This document shows positions 1 to 9,342 of a DNA stretch of 64,000 bases, one piece after another. Each line of letters begins with the position of its first letter. The first letter of the stretch is position 1. The stretch lies in the NCBI GenBank assembly GCA_965195285.1, contig CBDAFS010000031.1:96001-160000 (forward strand), written 5' to 3'. The position numbers and the translations under genes are program-made. A model generated the notes under the pieces. The model had not been told where the DNA came from. It ran no database searches and worked only from the letters and a program-made list of their open reading frames with translations. The DNA is from an uncultured Aminicenantes bacterium (lineage in GTDB: Bacteria > Acidobacteriota > Aminicenantia > UBA2199).

Positions 1-1
1 T

Positions 2-169
2 ATGAAGGAAAAAATGGAGTCCATGCAAGAGGAGTTTTCAAAGTTCCTCGAGGAACTCAAGAGGGAATTCGAAGATAAAGAAGCCCTGTTTGAAGAAAAG
101 AAAAATTCCATCGTAAAGTTTTCACCCTCAAAGGTTACGATTTTCAGAAATGACAAAAAACAATCCTAG
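2..169 (+). CDS. Partial (probably 5'-truncated) hypothetical coiled-coil protein
   Basis: Open frame from the window edge (MKEKMESMQEEFSKFLEELKREFEDKEALFEEKKNS...) to TAG at 167-169, overlapping the sigma-factor start. Confidence 0.5.
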   Translation: MKEKMESMQEEFSKFLEELKREFEDKEALFEEKKNSIVKFSPSKVTIFRNDKKQS

Positions 170-998
170 GGAATCCCTGAATTCCCTGAACCTATATTTC
201 CAAAAGATCAAGGGTATATCGATTTTAAATCCGGTTGAGGAAAAGGAATTGATTAAAAAAGCCAAGCAGGGGGATGAGGAGGCTTTTCAAAAAATCATCA
301 TTGCCAATCAAAAATTGGTGGTGAAGGAAGCTTTAAAATATTACTTCAAAGAGGATAATCTGCTGGACCTGATCAATGAGGGCAATAAAGGATTAATCGA
401 GGCCTTGAAGCGGTTTGATGTTACCAGGGATAATCGTTTTTATACCTATGCCCTGTGGTGGGTCAGGAGTGAGATTAGACGATATCTGTCCAAGAATCAG
501 AATATTATTTCTTTCCCGGATATTTTTTATAATGATTATCTCAATTTTAAAAAAGCTTATTTCAAATTGAGCAAAATTTTAAACCGGAAGCCCAGCGAGA
601 GTGAATTGGCAGAACATCTGGATATCCCTGAAAAAAAAGTGAAGGTCATGCTTTCGGTCCCGAATGAAATCGTTTCTCTTGATGTAGGGATCGCCGATGG
701 CCGGTTTCCCAACCTGGCATCCTTTCTCCCGGATGATTCGGCTGATGATCCCCAGAAAATCATGCTGGGAATTTCAATGAAGAATGTCATCCGCGATGAT
801 GTTGAGGAATTAACCGAAAAGGAAGCCCGGGTAATCAAGATGAGATTTGGTTTTAACACGGAAGAACCCATGAAATTGAGGGAAATTGCCAAAATCATGA
901 AAATGAGCCCGGAGGGAGTGCGAAGAATTGAAATGAAGGCCCTGTCCAAATTGAAAAGAAAACTGATCAAGAAAGGAATTTATGGAGTTTTGAATTGA
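150..998 (+). CDS. RNA polymerase sigma-70 family factor (RpoD/RpoS-like, lacking region 1.1)
   Basis: Region 1.2 LNLYFQKI, region 2 LLDLINEGNKGLIEALKRFD...FYTYALWWVR, region 3 RKPSESELAE, region 4 MKLREIA...SPEGVRRIEMKALSKL. Confidence 0.9.
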   Translation: MTKNNPRESLNSLNLYFQKIKGISILNPVEEKELIKKAKQGDEEAFQKIIIANQKLVVKEALKYYFKEDNLLDLINEGNKGLIEALKRFDVTRDNRFYTYALWWVRSEIRRYLSKNQNIISFPDIFYNDYLNFKKAYFKLSKILNRKPSESELAEHLDIPEKKVKVMLSVPNEIVSLDVGIADGRFPNLASFLPDDSADDPQKIMLGISMKNVIRDDVEELTEKEARVIKMRFGFNTEEPMKLREIAKIMKMSPEGVRRIEMKALSKLKRKLIKKGIYGVLN

Positions 999-1699
999 GC
1001 CAGAAATTGTGTACAAAATGTAATGGAACCGGTTGGATCATAAAGAACAGGAAGGGCCAGGAATTTGCCATCCGGTGTGAATGCCAGGTCGAGGATTTGG
1101 TGCTGAATAAGTGCCAGTCGGCCAATATTCCCCAGAGATTTCTGGGAGCGGAATTGAAGGGTTATCAACTGGATCCTCAAAAACCTTCTCAGAAACGGGC
1201 CAAAAATACCGTTGGAAAATTTATTCAGGATTATCCGGCTGTGGAAAAGGGTTTGTTGTTGCAGGGTTCCATTGGCCTGGGCAAAACCAGGCTTCTCTGT
1301 TCTATAGGCTTTGAGCTGATAAAAAAAATGGATGTTGATGTGTACTATATTGACTGGAATGACCTGGTCAGGGAGATGAAAACCGGGGAAGATCATGCCA
1401 GCAGGGATTTTCAGGCTATTAATCAATTAATGAACCGTTTGATTGCGGTTGAATTGCTTTTATTCGATGAGCTGGGGGCTTCCAAAGTCAGCCCCTGGGT
1501 AAATGACAATATTTACTATGTGTTCAACAAGCGTTACAACCTGAAAAAAACGACGGTGTGTGCAACCAATTTTTATGATGATCCGTCCGATGGAAAAGAA
1601 TCACTGACCCAGCGAATCGGTGATCGAATCAGAAGCCGGTTGTATGAAATGGCCCGGGTTATTGAAATCAATGGAATTGATTACAGACTAAATTACTAA
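995..1699 (+). CDS. DnaC/IstB-like AAA+ ATP-binding protein with N-terminal Cys motifs
   Basis: CTKCNGTG...CEC zinc motif, IPQRF, Walker A GSIGLGKT, Walker B LLLFDELG, IGDRIRSRL; TTG start overlaps the sigma stop. Confidence 0.85.
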   Translation: MSQKLCTKCNGTGWIIKNRKGQEFAIRCECQVEDLVLNKCQSANIPQRFLGAELKGYQLDPQKPSQKRAKNTVGKFIQDYPAVEKGLLLQGSIGLGKTRLLCSIGFELIKKMDVDVYYIDWNDLVREMKTGEDHASRDFQAINQLMNRLIAVELLLFDELGASKVSPWVNDNIYYVFNKRYNLKKTTVCATNFYDDPSDGKESLTQRIGDRIRSRLYEMARVIEINGIDYRLNY

Positions 1700-1711
1700 G
1701 AGGAGATTAAT

Positions 1712-2701
1712 ATGGATCCGGATATCACCTTCATCAATGAAAAAGTGAAAGAGGAAAGTGAAATTGTTGAAAGGATATTGTCAGAAATGGGAAAGACAAT
1801 TGTTGGCCAGAGAATCTTGCTGGAAAGGATGATGATTGCCCTGGTCACTTCCGGACACATTCTTCTGGAAGGTGTTCCGGGCCTGGCCAAAACCCTGTCC
1901 ATTAAAACCCTTTCCCAGGTACTGGATTTGAATTTCAGCCGGATTCAGTTTACTCCAGATTTATTGCCTGCCGATTTGACCGGAACCCTGGTTTTTAACC
2001 CCAAGACATCTGATTTCTATACCCGAAAGGGGCCGTTATTCACCAATCTCCTCCTGGCTGATGAAATCAACCGAGCCCCGGCAAAGGTGCAGAGTGCGCT
2101 GCTTGAGGCCATGCAAGAGTTGCAGGTGACCATCGGAGAGAAGAGTCATGAAATTGAGAAACCCTTTCTGGTGATGGCTACCCAGAACCCGATCGAACAA
2201 GAGGGGACCTATCCGTTGCCGGAAGCTCAGATAGACCGTTTTTTATTGAAGATAAAGGTGACATATCCGTCCAAAGAAGAGGAAAAGGATATCGTCACGA
2301 AAATGGCCGGATCAGAACCCCAGCCGGTCCAGACCATTTGTTCCAAGGATGAAGTCTTCAGAATGAATCAATCCTATAAAATGGTTTATATGGATGAGCG
2401 CATCAAGGATTACATCATTAATCTGGTTTTTGCTACCCGGTTTCCGGAGGAGGCCGGGCTGGAAAAATTGAAAAACCTGATTCAATTCGGGGCTTCGCCC
2501 AGGGCATCCATTTATTTAACTGAAACATCCAGGGCGCTGGCATTTATCAAGCGGCGGGGATACGTGACCCCGGAAGATGTCAAAACCATTGGAATGGATG
2601 TGTTGAGGCATCGCATTATTCTTTCTTATGAAGCTGAGGCCGAAGAAATGACCACCGATGACATTATAACCGAAATTTTCAATAATATTGTTGTGCCCTG
2701 A
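1712..2701 (+). CDS. moxR: MoxR family AAA+ ATPase
   Basis: HILLEGVPGLAKT, RIQFTPDLLPAD, LADEINRAPAKVQSALLEAM, ATQNPIEQEGTYPLPEAQIDRF. Confidence 0.95.
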   Translation: MDPDITFINEKVKEESEIVERILSEMGKTIVGQRILLERMMIALVTSGHILLEGVPGLAKTLSIKTLSQVLDLNFSRIQFTPDLLPADLTGTLVFNPKTSDFYTRKGPLFTNLLLADEINRAPAKVQSALLEAMQELQVTIGEKSHEIEKPFLVMATQNPIEQEGTYPLPEAQIDRFLLKIKVTYPSKEEEKDIVTKMAGSEPQPVQTICSKDEVFRMNQSYKMVYMDERIKDYIINLVFATRFPEEAGLEKLKNLIQFGASPRASIYLTETSRALAFIKRRGYVTPEDVKTIGMDVLRHRIILSYEAEAEEMTTDDIITEIFNNIVVP

Positions 2702-2717
2702 ACCAAGCCGGATACCA

Positions 2718-3149
2718 ATGGGGAAAAAAAAGAAACGAATACTTCAGAAGATCAATCCGGAAAAGTCCAACAAGATGATTTATGCAGTGGGTATCGGACT
2801 GGTGATCATTTTTACGGTTTTCTTCATTTTAATTAGCAGAGGAACCGATCCGGAAAATAAAAAGGAATTGCTTTCTGGGGTTTTGAGGTACTTAACCAAA
2901 ACCCAGGGTATAATCGATTTGGTGATATTACCTGAAAAGAACAATGTCCAAATCCGATATGACGGTCTGGACCGTAAAGATTTTTTTAAAATCACCACCT
3001 ATGCCGGTATCAAGCTTTCTTTGGAATTGAAGGGTGAAAAAATAAAGGTGGAACTCTTTCGAGACAATGAAAAACGGCCGGTCTATACGATTTTTTTAAA
3101 GAACGGAACCATTTTGAAAGAGGAGAGATCCATTCCGGCTGGGCAGTGA
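2718..3149 (+). CDS. Hypothetical single-pass membrane protein
   Basis: Basic N-terminus, one hydrophobic helix (IYAVGIGLVIIFTVFFILI), soluble C-terminal domain; ATG at 2718 is the likelier start. Confidence 0.7.
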   Translation: MGKKKKRILQKINPEKSNKMIYAVGIGLVIIFTVFFILISRGTDPENKKELLSGVLRYLTKTQGIIDLVILPEKNNVQIRYDGLDRKDFFKITTYAGIKLSLELKGEKIKVELFRDNEKRPVYTIFLKNGTILKEERSIPAGQ

Positions 3150-3194
3150 TCCCTGACCGGCTGGGGGTTCGGAAGTCCCGAATCACCACTTGAG

Positions 3195-3366
3195 TGTAGC
3201 GAATCGAAACACTCAAGATACAACTTTAAGCTTCTGAGTTGTTGCCTTTTGCCAATTTATTGTCCTCGAGTGTATCAAAATGGAACAATTTGATCAGTTA
3301 TCGATAGAGCAGTAATAAAAGTAACGTTGACCTGATTTACGGATTTGGCTGTAGCGATTTGCTACA
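3195..3366. promoter_or_regulatory. Three bEBP enhancer (UAS) sites, TGT-N11-ACA, at 3195-3211, 3271-3287 and 3350-3366
   Basis: tgtagcgaatcgaaaca, tgtatcaaaatggaaca, tgtagcgatttgctaca (perfect 6-5-6 palindrome); spaced 76-79 bp, upstream of a -24/-12 promoter. Confidence 0.7.
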
Positions 3367-3443
3367 CTTACATGATAATTGAAAATATAATCTGTTTCTG
3401 AAAAGCCTTTCCGGATAAGAAATTCCCTTCCTATTGCTTTTTT

Positions 3444-3459
3444 TGGAAAATAAATTGCT
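3444..3459 (+). promoter_or_regulatory. Sigma-54 (-24/-12) promoter
   Basis: TGGAAAATAAATTGCT: GG-N10-GC with TTGC; a near-identical copy lies at 9251-9266. Confidence 0.7.
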
Positions 3460-3599
3460 TGCTATTTATTATACGATTGCCTGAAATATTGTAAATCTGC
3501 TTGGTAGGAATTGGATATAAATTAATTTGATAACCGGAGGGTAAAATTATGCAGAAAGCAATGTTAAATCCAATAAAAATATCAAAAAGGAGAAATCAG

Positions 3600-4253
3600 A
3601 TGAAAAAAAAGGTTTTAAAACCGATTTTGGTTGTTTTGCTGGCGGTCTTTATTTTATCCGCCTGGTCAGGTCAGGCGTATGCCAGACTGGTTTATAATCA
3701 GGTTGATGGCTGCTTCGATGATACGGGCCGGCAGGCCATTCGAACTCACATTATTGAAGCGGCAGGCTATTTTCTGAAAGCCTATTCGGAGATTCTGGCC
3801 TTATCGGATCGTATCGAAATGTCGGATTTGAGCGGTATTGATTACTTTGAATCCCGGTTATTGGTTGACCAGGCGATTTTCAACCTGGAGAATGCCAGGG
3901 AGAAATATCTGATTCTGACTCAAATTGCAGCCAACACTCCTTATAACCCGGGAGTGATCAACAATTTGCTCATTTTCAATTATCGGGAATTCAGAGATAA
4001 TCAACAGTTAAAGGGGTTACAGTTTGATCAGGTCAAAAGTTTCCTGATGAATGGCGATGTCCGGGGGATATTTGATAAAGCGCTGGCCGATGTGGAAAAT
4101 ATCCTGGAAAGGCTGGACCGGGTAAAAATTGCCATTTATTCCCTTTCATTGCCTGAGATGTCAGATATTTGGGAATTGAACCGGCTGTGCTCCGAATTCA
4201 TGATGTTCGGGCAATATTCAGCCAGAATCTTTTATCGGGTCACTGGAAAATAA
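3600..4253 (+). CDS. Secreted, mostly alpha-helical hypothetical protein
   Basis: MKKKVLKPILVVLLAVFILSAWSGQAYA signal peptide (AYA cleavage), AAGGAG RBS; an alternative in-frame start at 3549 also has GGAGG. Confidence 0.8.
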   Translation: MKKKVLKPILVVLLAVFILSAWSGQAYARLVYNQVDGCFDDTGRQAIRTHIIEAAGYFLKAYSEILALSDRIEMSDLSGIDYFESRLLVDQAIFNLENAREKYLILTQIAANTPYNPGVINNLLIFNYREFRDNQQLKGLQFDQVKSFLMNGDVRGIFDKALADVENILERLDRVKIAIYSLSLPEMSDIWELNRLCSEFMMFGQYSARIFYRVTGK

Positions 4254-4278
4254 TGTAAAATTGGTTTACTATTAAACG

Positions 4279-5616
4279 GTGAAAACTTTATACACCGTTT
4301 TTTTATTGGAACTCAGGAGGGTATTCAGTAAGCGAAATATTGTCATTTTAATCTTATTCCTGATGCTATGCCTGTATTTTGTTCAGGTAGGTATTCAGCA
4401 CTACCGGACCATCATTGATAACAAGGAGAAATTCCTGGAGACCGAACGCTTAAAAACCGATCTTTATATCACTTATTCCATGTATGCCGCTTATGGTTTT
4501 AGGCTTCAGTTTGTCCCCTCTCCTCTGAGTGTTTTGTTTGTTAATTCAACGGTAATATCAGAACTCTCATCCAATGTGGATGTGGCCAGTCTGTTGAATA
4601 TATACAAATCTTACAAGGGCAGGGTCCTGTTTGCTGAAAAGTCCGGGGGATTTAAAGATTTTTCCGGAATCATTCTCCTGTTTGGCACCATGATAGTGCT
4701 CTATCTGGGGTTTGAAACCTTCCTGAATAAAGACTATATTCGTTTTATATCCAGTTTTATTCAACCCAAAAAGTTGTTTTATTCCATTGTCGGGTCCCGA
4801 TTGTTGTTGCTTGTACTGTACTTTTTTTTCATGACCATCAGCTCGATTATTTTACTCGGGATAAACGGGATTCAGCTTTTGAAAAATGAATTCAGTCATC
4901 TCTATTATTATTTGCTGGTCATGGCCATAATGCTGGTTTTCTTTTTCATATTGGGTTTGGTTTCCGGAACCATAAAATCTCGATTTGCCGGATTTATCAT
5001 GGTGATTTCGGTATGGTTTATTTTTGTTTTTTTGATCCCCGGGGTCATTCAGTCCCTTATTGCCACCAGTGCAGAAAATATCACCTCCGGTTATGATCTG
5101 GAATTGAAAAAACTTCAGGCCCATATGGGTTTTGAAAAAAGAGCCATGGAGCAGGAAGGGGTTTTGCAGGATTCCCGAAAAAACACCCAGTCTGAAAGGG
5201 ATATAATGGAGAGCTATTGGAAAAATGAATTGAAAAAAATTCAAAGCCTGGAAAAAAACATGGAAAACGATATGAGAAAGAATATCAGGAATTTTCAAAG
5301 AATGTCCCTGATTGTTCCCTCCAGTTTTTATATATCGGTAAGCAATGAAATCAGCAGTCGGGGCTACAAGAATTTTGTTAATTTTTTCAGTTATTTGCAG
5401 AAGCTGAAGGAGGGATTTATTCGGTTTTACATTGATAAGCGCTTCTATTCCAATTTTTCAAAGGTTGAGTTGTATATCAAAGGCGAAGAAAATATTTATT
5501 ATTCCAGAAATCTCCTGCCGGATTTTTTTATATGGGGCGTGTGTTTAACCCTGCTTTACATCATGTCATTATTTATTTTTGCTTATTATCGGTTTAAAGG
5601 GTCTCTGGTGATATGA
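4279..5616 (+). CDS. ABC-2-type transporter permease
   Basis: ELRRVF N-terminal amphipathic helix, about 6 TM helices, large extracytoplasmic loops; overlaps the downstream ATPase gene. Confidence 0.8.
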   Translation: MKTLYTVFLLELRRVFSKRNIVILILFLMLCLYFVQVGIQHYRTIIDNKEKFLETERLKTDLYITYSMYAAYGFRLQFVPSPLSVLFVNSTVISELSSNVDVASLLNIYKSYKGRVLFAEKSGGFKDFSGIILLFGTMIVLYLGFETFLNKDYIRFISSFIQPKKLFYSIVGSRLLLLVLYFFFMTISSIILLGINGIQLLKNEFSHLYYYLLVMAIMLVFFFILGLVSGTIKSRFAGFIMVISVWFIFVFLIPGVIQSLIATSAENITSGYDLELKKLQAHMGFEKRAMEQEGVLQDSRKNTQSERDIMESYWKNELKKIQSLEKNMENDMRKNIRNFQRMSLIVPSSFYISVSNEISSRGYKNFVNFFSYLQKLKEGFIRFYIDKRFYSNFSKVELYIKGEENIYYSRNLLPDFFIWGVCLTLLYIMSLFIFAYYRFKGSLVI

Positions 5617-6305
5617 TCAGGATTGACAATCTGTTTTTAAAAAAGAAAATTCCCGAAATCAGTGATCTCAGTCTACAGGTGAAAGCCGGGGAAACGTTTG
5701 TATTGTTGTCCTCCGGTGAAAGGGTCAGCAACCATCTGATTAATATTTTTACCGGAAGGGAACGAGATTTTTCCGGGACTGTGAAGGTTGATCAACAAAA
5801 TATATTAAATGATCTGAAAGAACTCAGAAAAAACCTGGTTTATATAGGTAAGGAAAGCGACTGGCCTCCGGTGATCAGAATCAAAGATATCATGGGCTTT
5901 CTGAGGAGGATTACCCGCATTTCAGAGGAAGAGTACGAGGAATTCAAAATAAAAATGAATCTTGATCAATTGAACCGCTACCGGATCAATGACCTGGAAG
6001 AGGTGGAAAAACGTCGATTGTTGTTTTCAATTGTTCAGCTGGGCAAAAGCAACAATTTTGTAATCCATGACCTGGCCAAGGGTATGCCCATTGATTTTAT
6101 CCTGGAATTCAAGGAAAATATTCGCCAGTTGAAACAAAACGGCTGTTCAATACTCTATATCAGCGATGATGTTTTTTTTGCTCCTGAGATCGGGGATCGC
6201 ATTGGATTTTTGAAAAAAGGCAAGCTGTTACTGGAGCTAAAAGGAAGAAAAGTAAAACGGATGGACCTGAAGGAACTGTATTTCAGGTTTCTGGCCGAAG
6301 AATAA
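5613..6305 (+). CDS. ABC transporter ATP-binding-like protein with degenerate catalytic motifs
   Basis: ABC fold cues (DLSLQVKAGETFVLL, GDRIGFLKKGKLL) but Walker A, LSGGQ, the Walker B glutamate and the H-loop are all altered. Confidence 0.75.
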   Translation: MIRIDNLFLKKKIPEISDLSLQVKAGETFVLLSSGERVSNHLINIFTGRERDFSGTVKVDQQNILNDLKELRKNLVYIGKESDWPPVIRIKDIMGFLRRITRISEEEYEEFKIKMNLDQLNRYRINDLEEVEKRRLLFSIVQLGKSNNFVIHDLAKGMPIDFILEFKENIRQLKQNGCSILYISDDVFFAPEIGDRIGFLKKGKLLLELKGRKVKRMDLKELYFRFLAEE

Positions 6306-6306
6306 G

Positions 6307-7536
6307 TCAGATTTCATCTTCTTCCTCAAAGGAATAAGCCAGGGAAAGAATGACTTCGGTACCCTTGGCGGAACTGTTTATGGTGATTTCTCCTCCCAGG
6401 GATTTCATTAATCCGTAACAGGTATATAATCCCAGACCGGTCCCTTCCTCCTTGGTGGTTTGAAAGGGTTGAAACAGTTTTTCCTTAAAGGATTTTGGGA
6501 TACCGGGACCTGTATCCCGGATAGATATGTTAAACAATTCATTCTCGGGAAGCTGATCCCTTCCGCTAATATAGGTGGAAATATGGATCTGGCCATCTTT
6601 TTTTCCGATGGCATCCACTGCGTTAAACAGGATATTGATCAATACCTGCTGCAATCTCTGGGCATCGGTTTTCACCAATAGGGGAGGGTCCAGGCTTTTG
6701 ATTAATTTTATATTCCTGGGGATTTTCAGAGCAATGGATTGGATGGTGTTGTCAATCAAATCAGGAAGTTCGATTTTGTTGATCTTTTTCTTTTCATGTT
6801 TTGAAAAACTCAGCAATGATTTAATAATATGATCGATGCGCTGGATCGACTGTTTCATGATGGCCAGTTCGTCCATGAAAGCTTCGGGGCCTAGGTTCCT
6901 TTTTTCGGTAAAATATTTGATATAGGTGGATATCCCGGCCAGGGGATTTTTGATTTCATGGGCAGCCGAGGCAGCCAGTTCACCCACCAGAGCCAGGCGA
7001 TCCATTCTGTAGATCCGGTAGTAATTGCGACTGTCATCAATGCGGGTTCTCTCGTAAGTGATCTGGGGAATTAATATATGGGATAATATGTTGAAAAACC
7101 GGGAAATCAGATTTATTTCCTTCAGGGTTTTTTTACTGGCCCCGATGACCGCAAAACCATTGAGGGTTCCCAATGACAGGAGGGGCACCACCACATCCAC
7201 GGCCAGTATTTCGAACAGCTCAGGGTTGGATTTCTTAAATATATTGATTTTGGCCGGTTTTTCTCTGGACATGATAATGGTAGTTTTGGTATTTTTTAGC
7301 TGAATCAAGAGATTGGATTTTTCGTTTATGGGATTCAGTTTTATCCGGGGAAAGCGATCGGAATAATAGGGTTTGAATTTGCTTTTTTCCTGGTTGATAT
7401 AAAACAGGGTAATACTCTCAAGTGGAAGCTGTTTGGACAGGAAATCCGGGAGTAGATCGAGGCTTTGCTCTGCATAATGAAGGGTATTCAACATCCCGAT
7501 CACTTCTTGCAGTTTTTTTAAATAATCTCTGTTCAT
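6307..7536 (-). CDS. Cytoplasmic sensor histidine kinase (GAF-like N-terminus, NtrB-type)
   Basis: H-box AAHEIKNPL, N-box QVLINILFNAVDA, DTGPGI, FQPFQTTKEEGTGLGL; no clear TM helix. Confidence 0.9.
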   Translation of the reverse strand: MNRDYLKKLQEVIGMLNTLHYAEQSLDLLPDFLSKQLPLESITLFYINQEKSKFKPYYSDRFPRIKLNPINEKSNLLIQLKNTKTTIIMSREKPAKINIFKKSNPELFEILAVDVVVPLLSLGTLNGFAVIGASKKTLKEINLISRFFNILSHILIPQITYERTRIDDSRNYYRIYRMDRLALVGELAASAAHEIKNPLAGISTYIKYFTEKRNLGPEAFMDELAIMKQSIQRIDHIIKSLLSFSKHEKKKINKIELPDLIDNTIQSIALKIPRNIKLIKSLDPPLLVKTDAQRLQQVLINILFNAVDAIGKKDGQIHISTYISGRDQLPENELFNISIRDTGPGIPKSFKEKLFQPFQTTKEEGTGLGLYTCYGLMKSLGGEITINSSAKGTEVILSLAYSFEEEDEI

Positions 7537-7580
7537 TCTAACCTGATCCCGGGCTCAATTATATCTCCCTTGGGGGTTTG

Positions 7581-8927
7581 TCACTGTTGTTTTCGGTTCA
7601 TATCAATTTGGTCCATTTTTCGATACAACCGGGTTCTGGATATTCCGAGAATTTTAGCTGTTTTGGTGACATTGAAATTGTGCAATTCGAGAACCTTTTT
7701 AATGTATTGGTACTCATAATCCCTGAGTGACAGCTGATAATTTTCAGTCATTTCTTCATGGATGTTCAGAGAAAGAATGAGGTCATTGGGGGTGATGAGA
7801 TCATCGTCTTTATAGGCAAAAATTCCCTTTACCGCATTTTTTAACTCCCTGACATTTCCCTCCCATGAGTATTCCAGCAGGTGTTTTTCAGTTTTTTTGG
7901 ATATGCCTTTGATATTTTTATCATATATATTGTTGTAAAAAGAAATAAAATGATGGAAGAGCGGTAAGATATCCTCTTTGCGCTCCCGCAAGGGGGGAAT
8001 GGTAATCATGGTTTCTCTGAGTCTGAAGTATAAATCCTTGCGGAAACGATCCGCTCCGACCTCCTTCCAGAGGTCCTTGTTGGTAGCCGTGATCAGCCGG
8101 ACATCTAATTTCTGGGGATTTTTATTTCCCAGCTGGTAGATGATTTTATCATCCAGAATTCGGAGTAATTTGGCCTGAAGGTTCAGGGGCATGTCGCTGA
8201 TTTCGTCCAGGAAGAGGGTTCCCTGGTTGGCCTGTAAGAATCTCCCGCTGTAGTCTTTTGATGCGCCGGTAAATGCTCCCCTTTTGAAGCCGAACAATTC
8301 CGATTCAAACAGTTGTTCGGGAATAGTCGAACAATTTATGGGCAGAAAAGTCTTGTTTTTTCGTTTTGAGTTTCGATGGACGAAACTGGCGATGATTTCT
8401 TTTCCCACCCCGGTTTCTCCCTGGATAACGATGATATCTTCCGTTTTGGATAGTTTTGTTGCCTGCGTAATGATATCAGACATGGCCTGGCTTTTGTAGA
8501 TGATGGCTTCCGATGACTGGTTATACAGCAGTTCTTTTTTCAGGGATATGTTCTTTTCCTTCAAGTGGGAATATTCAATAATTTTTTTCATTTGAATAAA
8601 CAGCAAATCTTCATCAAGCGGTTTTTCAAGATAATAAAAAGCCCCATTTTTTATGGCTTCGACAGCGCTGGAAACTGTAGCATGAGCGGTAATGATGATG
8701 GTTTTCCCCTCCATTTTTTCCGGAAATTCTTTCAGGAGATTGATGCCGTTGTTATCCGGAAGTCTTAAATCCAGTATGAATATAGCATATTCTCCGTTTG
8801 ATACTTTCCTTTTGGCAGTTTGGTAGTCTTCCGCCTCATCAATCATATAATCTCTCAATTCCAGTAATTTTTTCAGAGAATTTCTAAGTGACAGCTCATC
8901 TTCAATAATCAATACCCGAACGCTCAT
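7581..8927 (-). CDS. Sigma-54-dependent NtrC-family response regulator (REC-AAA+-Fis HTH)
   Basis: REC (IIEDE, LDLRLPD), GETGVGKE, ESELFGFKRGAFTGA, FLDEI, WEGNVRELKN, TKTAKILGISRTRLYRKM. Confidence 0.95.
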   Translation of the reverse strand: MSVRVLIIEDELSLRNSLKKLLELRDYMIDEAEDYQTAKRKVSNGEYAIFILDLRLPDNNGINLLKEFPEKMEGKTIIITAHATVSSAVEAIKNGAFYYLEKPLDEDLLFIQMKKIIEYSHLKEKNISLKKELLYNQSSEAIIYKSQAMSDIITQATKLSKTEDIIVIQGETGVGKEIIASFVHRNSKRKNKTFLPINCSTIPEQLFESELFGFKRGAFTGASKDYSGRFLQANQGTLFLDEISDMPLNLQAKLLRILDDKIIYQLGNKNPQKLDVRLITATNKDLWKEVGADRFRKDLYFRLRETMITIPPLRERKEDILPLFHHFISFYNNIYDKNIKGISKKTEKHLLEYSWEGNVRELKNAVKGIFAYKDDDLITPNDLILSLNIHEEMTENYQLSLRDYEYQYIKKVLELHNFNVTKTAKILGISRTRLYRKMDQIDMNRKQQ

Positions 8928-9007
8928 AACAAAATTATATAAGATTAAAATTAAAATTCAATTGATTAGACGGACAAAATCGGATTTTAGATTTATGACT
9001 GAAAATA

Positions 9008-9101
9008 TGTTTCAAAACGCAACAATTTTATAGAGGGTCAGAAGGCTTGGTGTTGCGGCCAATTCTGGATATTCGCGGAAAAAGCGTATCGAAACGATAC
9101 A
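9008..9101. promoter_or_regulatory. Two bEBP enhancer sites at 9008-9024 and 9085-9101
   Basis: tgtttcaaaacgcaaca and cgtatcgaaacgataca match the motif at 3195-3366; 77-bp spacing. Confidence 0.65.
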
Positions 9102-9250
9102 TTCCGAGTATATCAAAAAAGCTATATATATGGGTGATTTTGAAAGAAATGAAAAAATGGTGTTTCATTCTTGGACAAAATAAAAAAAAATTATTTTTTC
9201 AAACATCTCGAACCCCTTTTCTGTAGCGTAATTGGGCTTATATGCTTAAC

Positions 9251-9266
9251 TGGAAAACATATTGCT
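9251..9266 (+). promoter_or_regulatory. Sigma-54 (-24/-12) promoter
   Basis: TGGAAAACATATTGCT: GG-N10-GC; 14 of 16 positions identical to 3444-3459. Confidence 0.7.
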
Positions 9267-9342
9267 ATATTATTTATTTTGGTAATGACAGCATTCAGGA
9301 GTTTGAGGCATGAAGTCGTTGAAAGAGAAAAATTATTGAAAA

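Noticed and set aside
995-1699. IS21 element or prophage suggested by the IstB/DnaC-like ATPase
   Set aside because: No IstA transposase, terminal inverted repeats or phage genes nearby; the gene is embedded in a coupled operon
3189-3217. Intrinsic terminator (CTTGAGTGT...ACACTCAAG inverted repeat)
   Set aside because: 11-nt loop and no U-tract; its core matches the enhancer motif, so it is treated as a protein-binding site, though a dual role is not excluded
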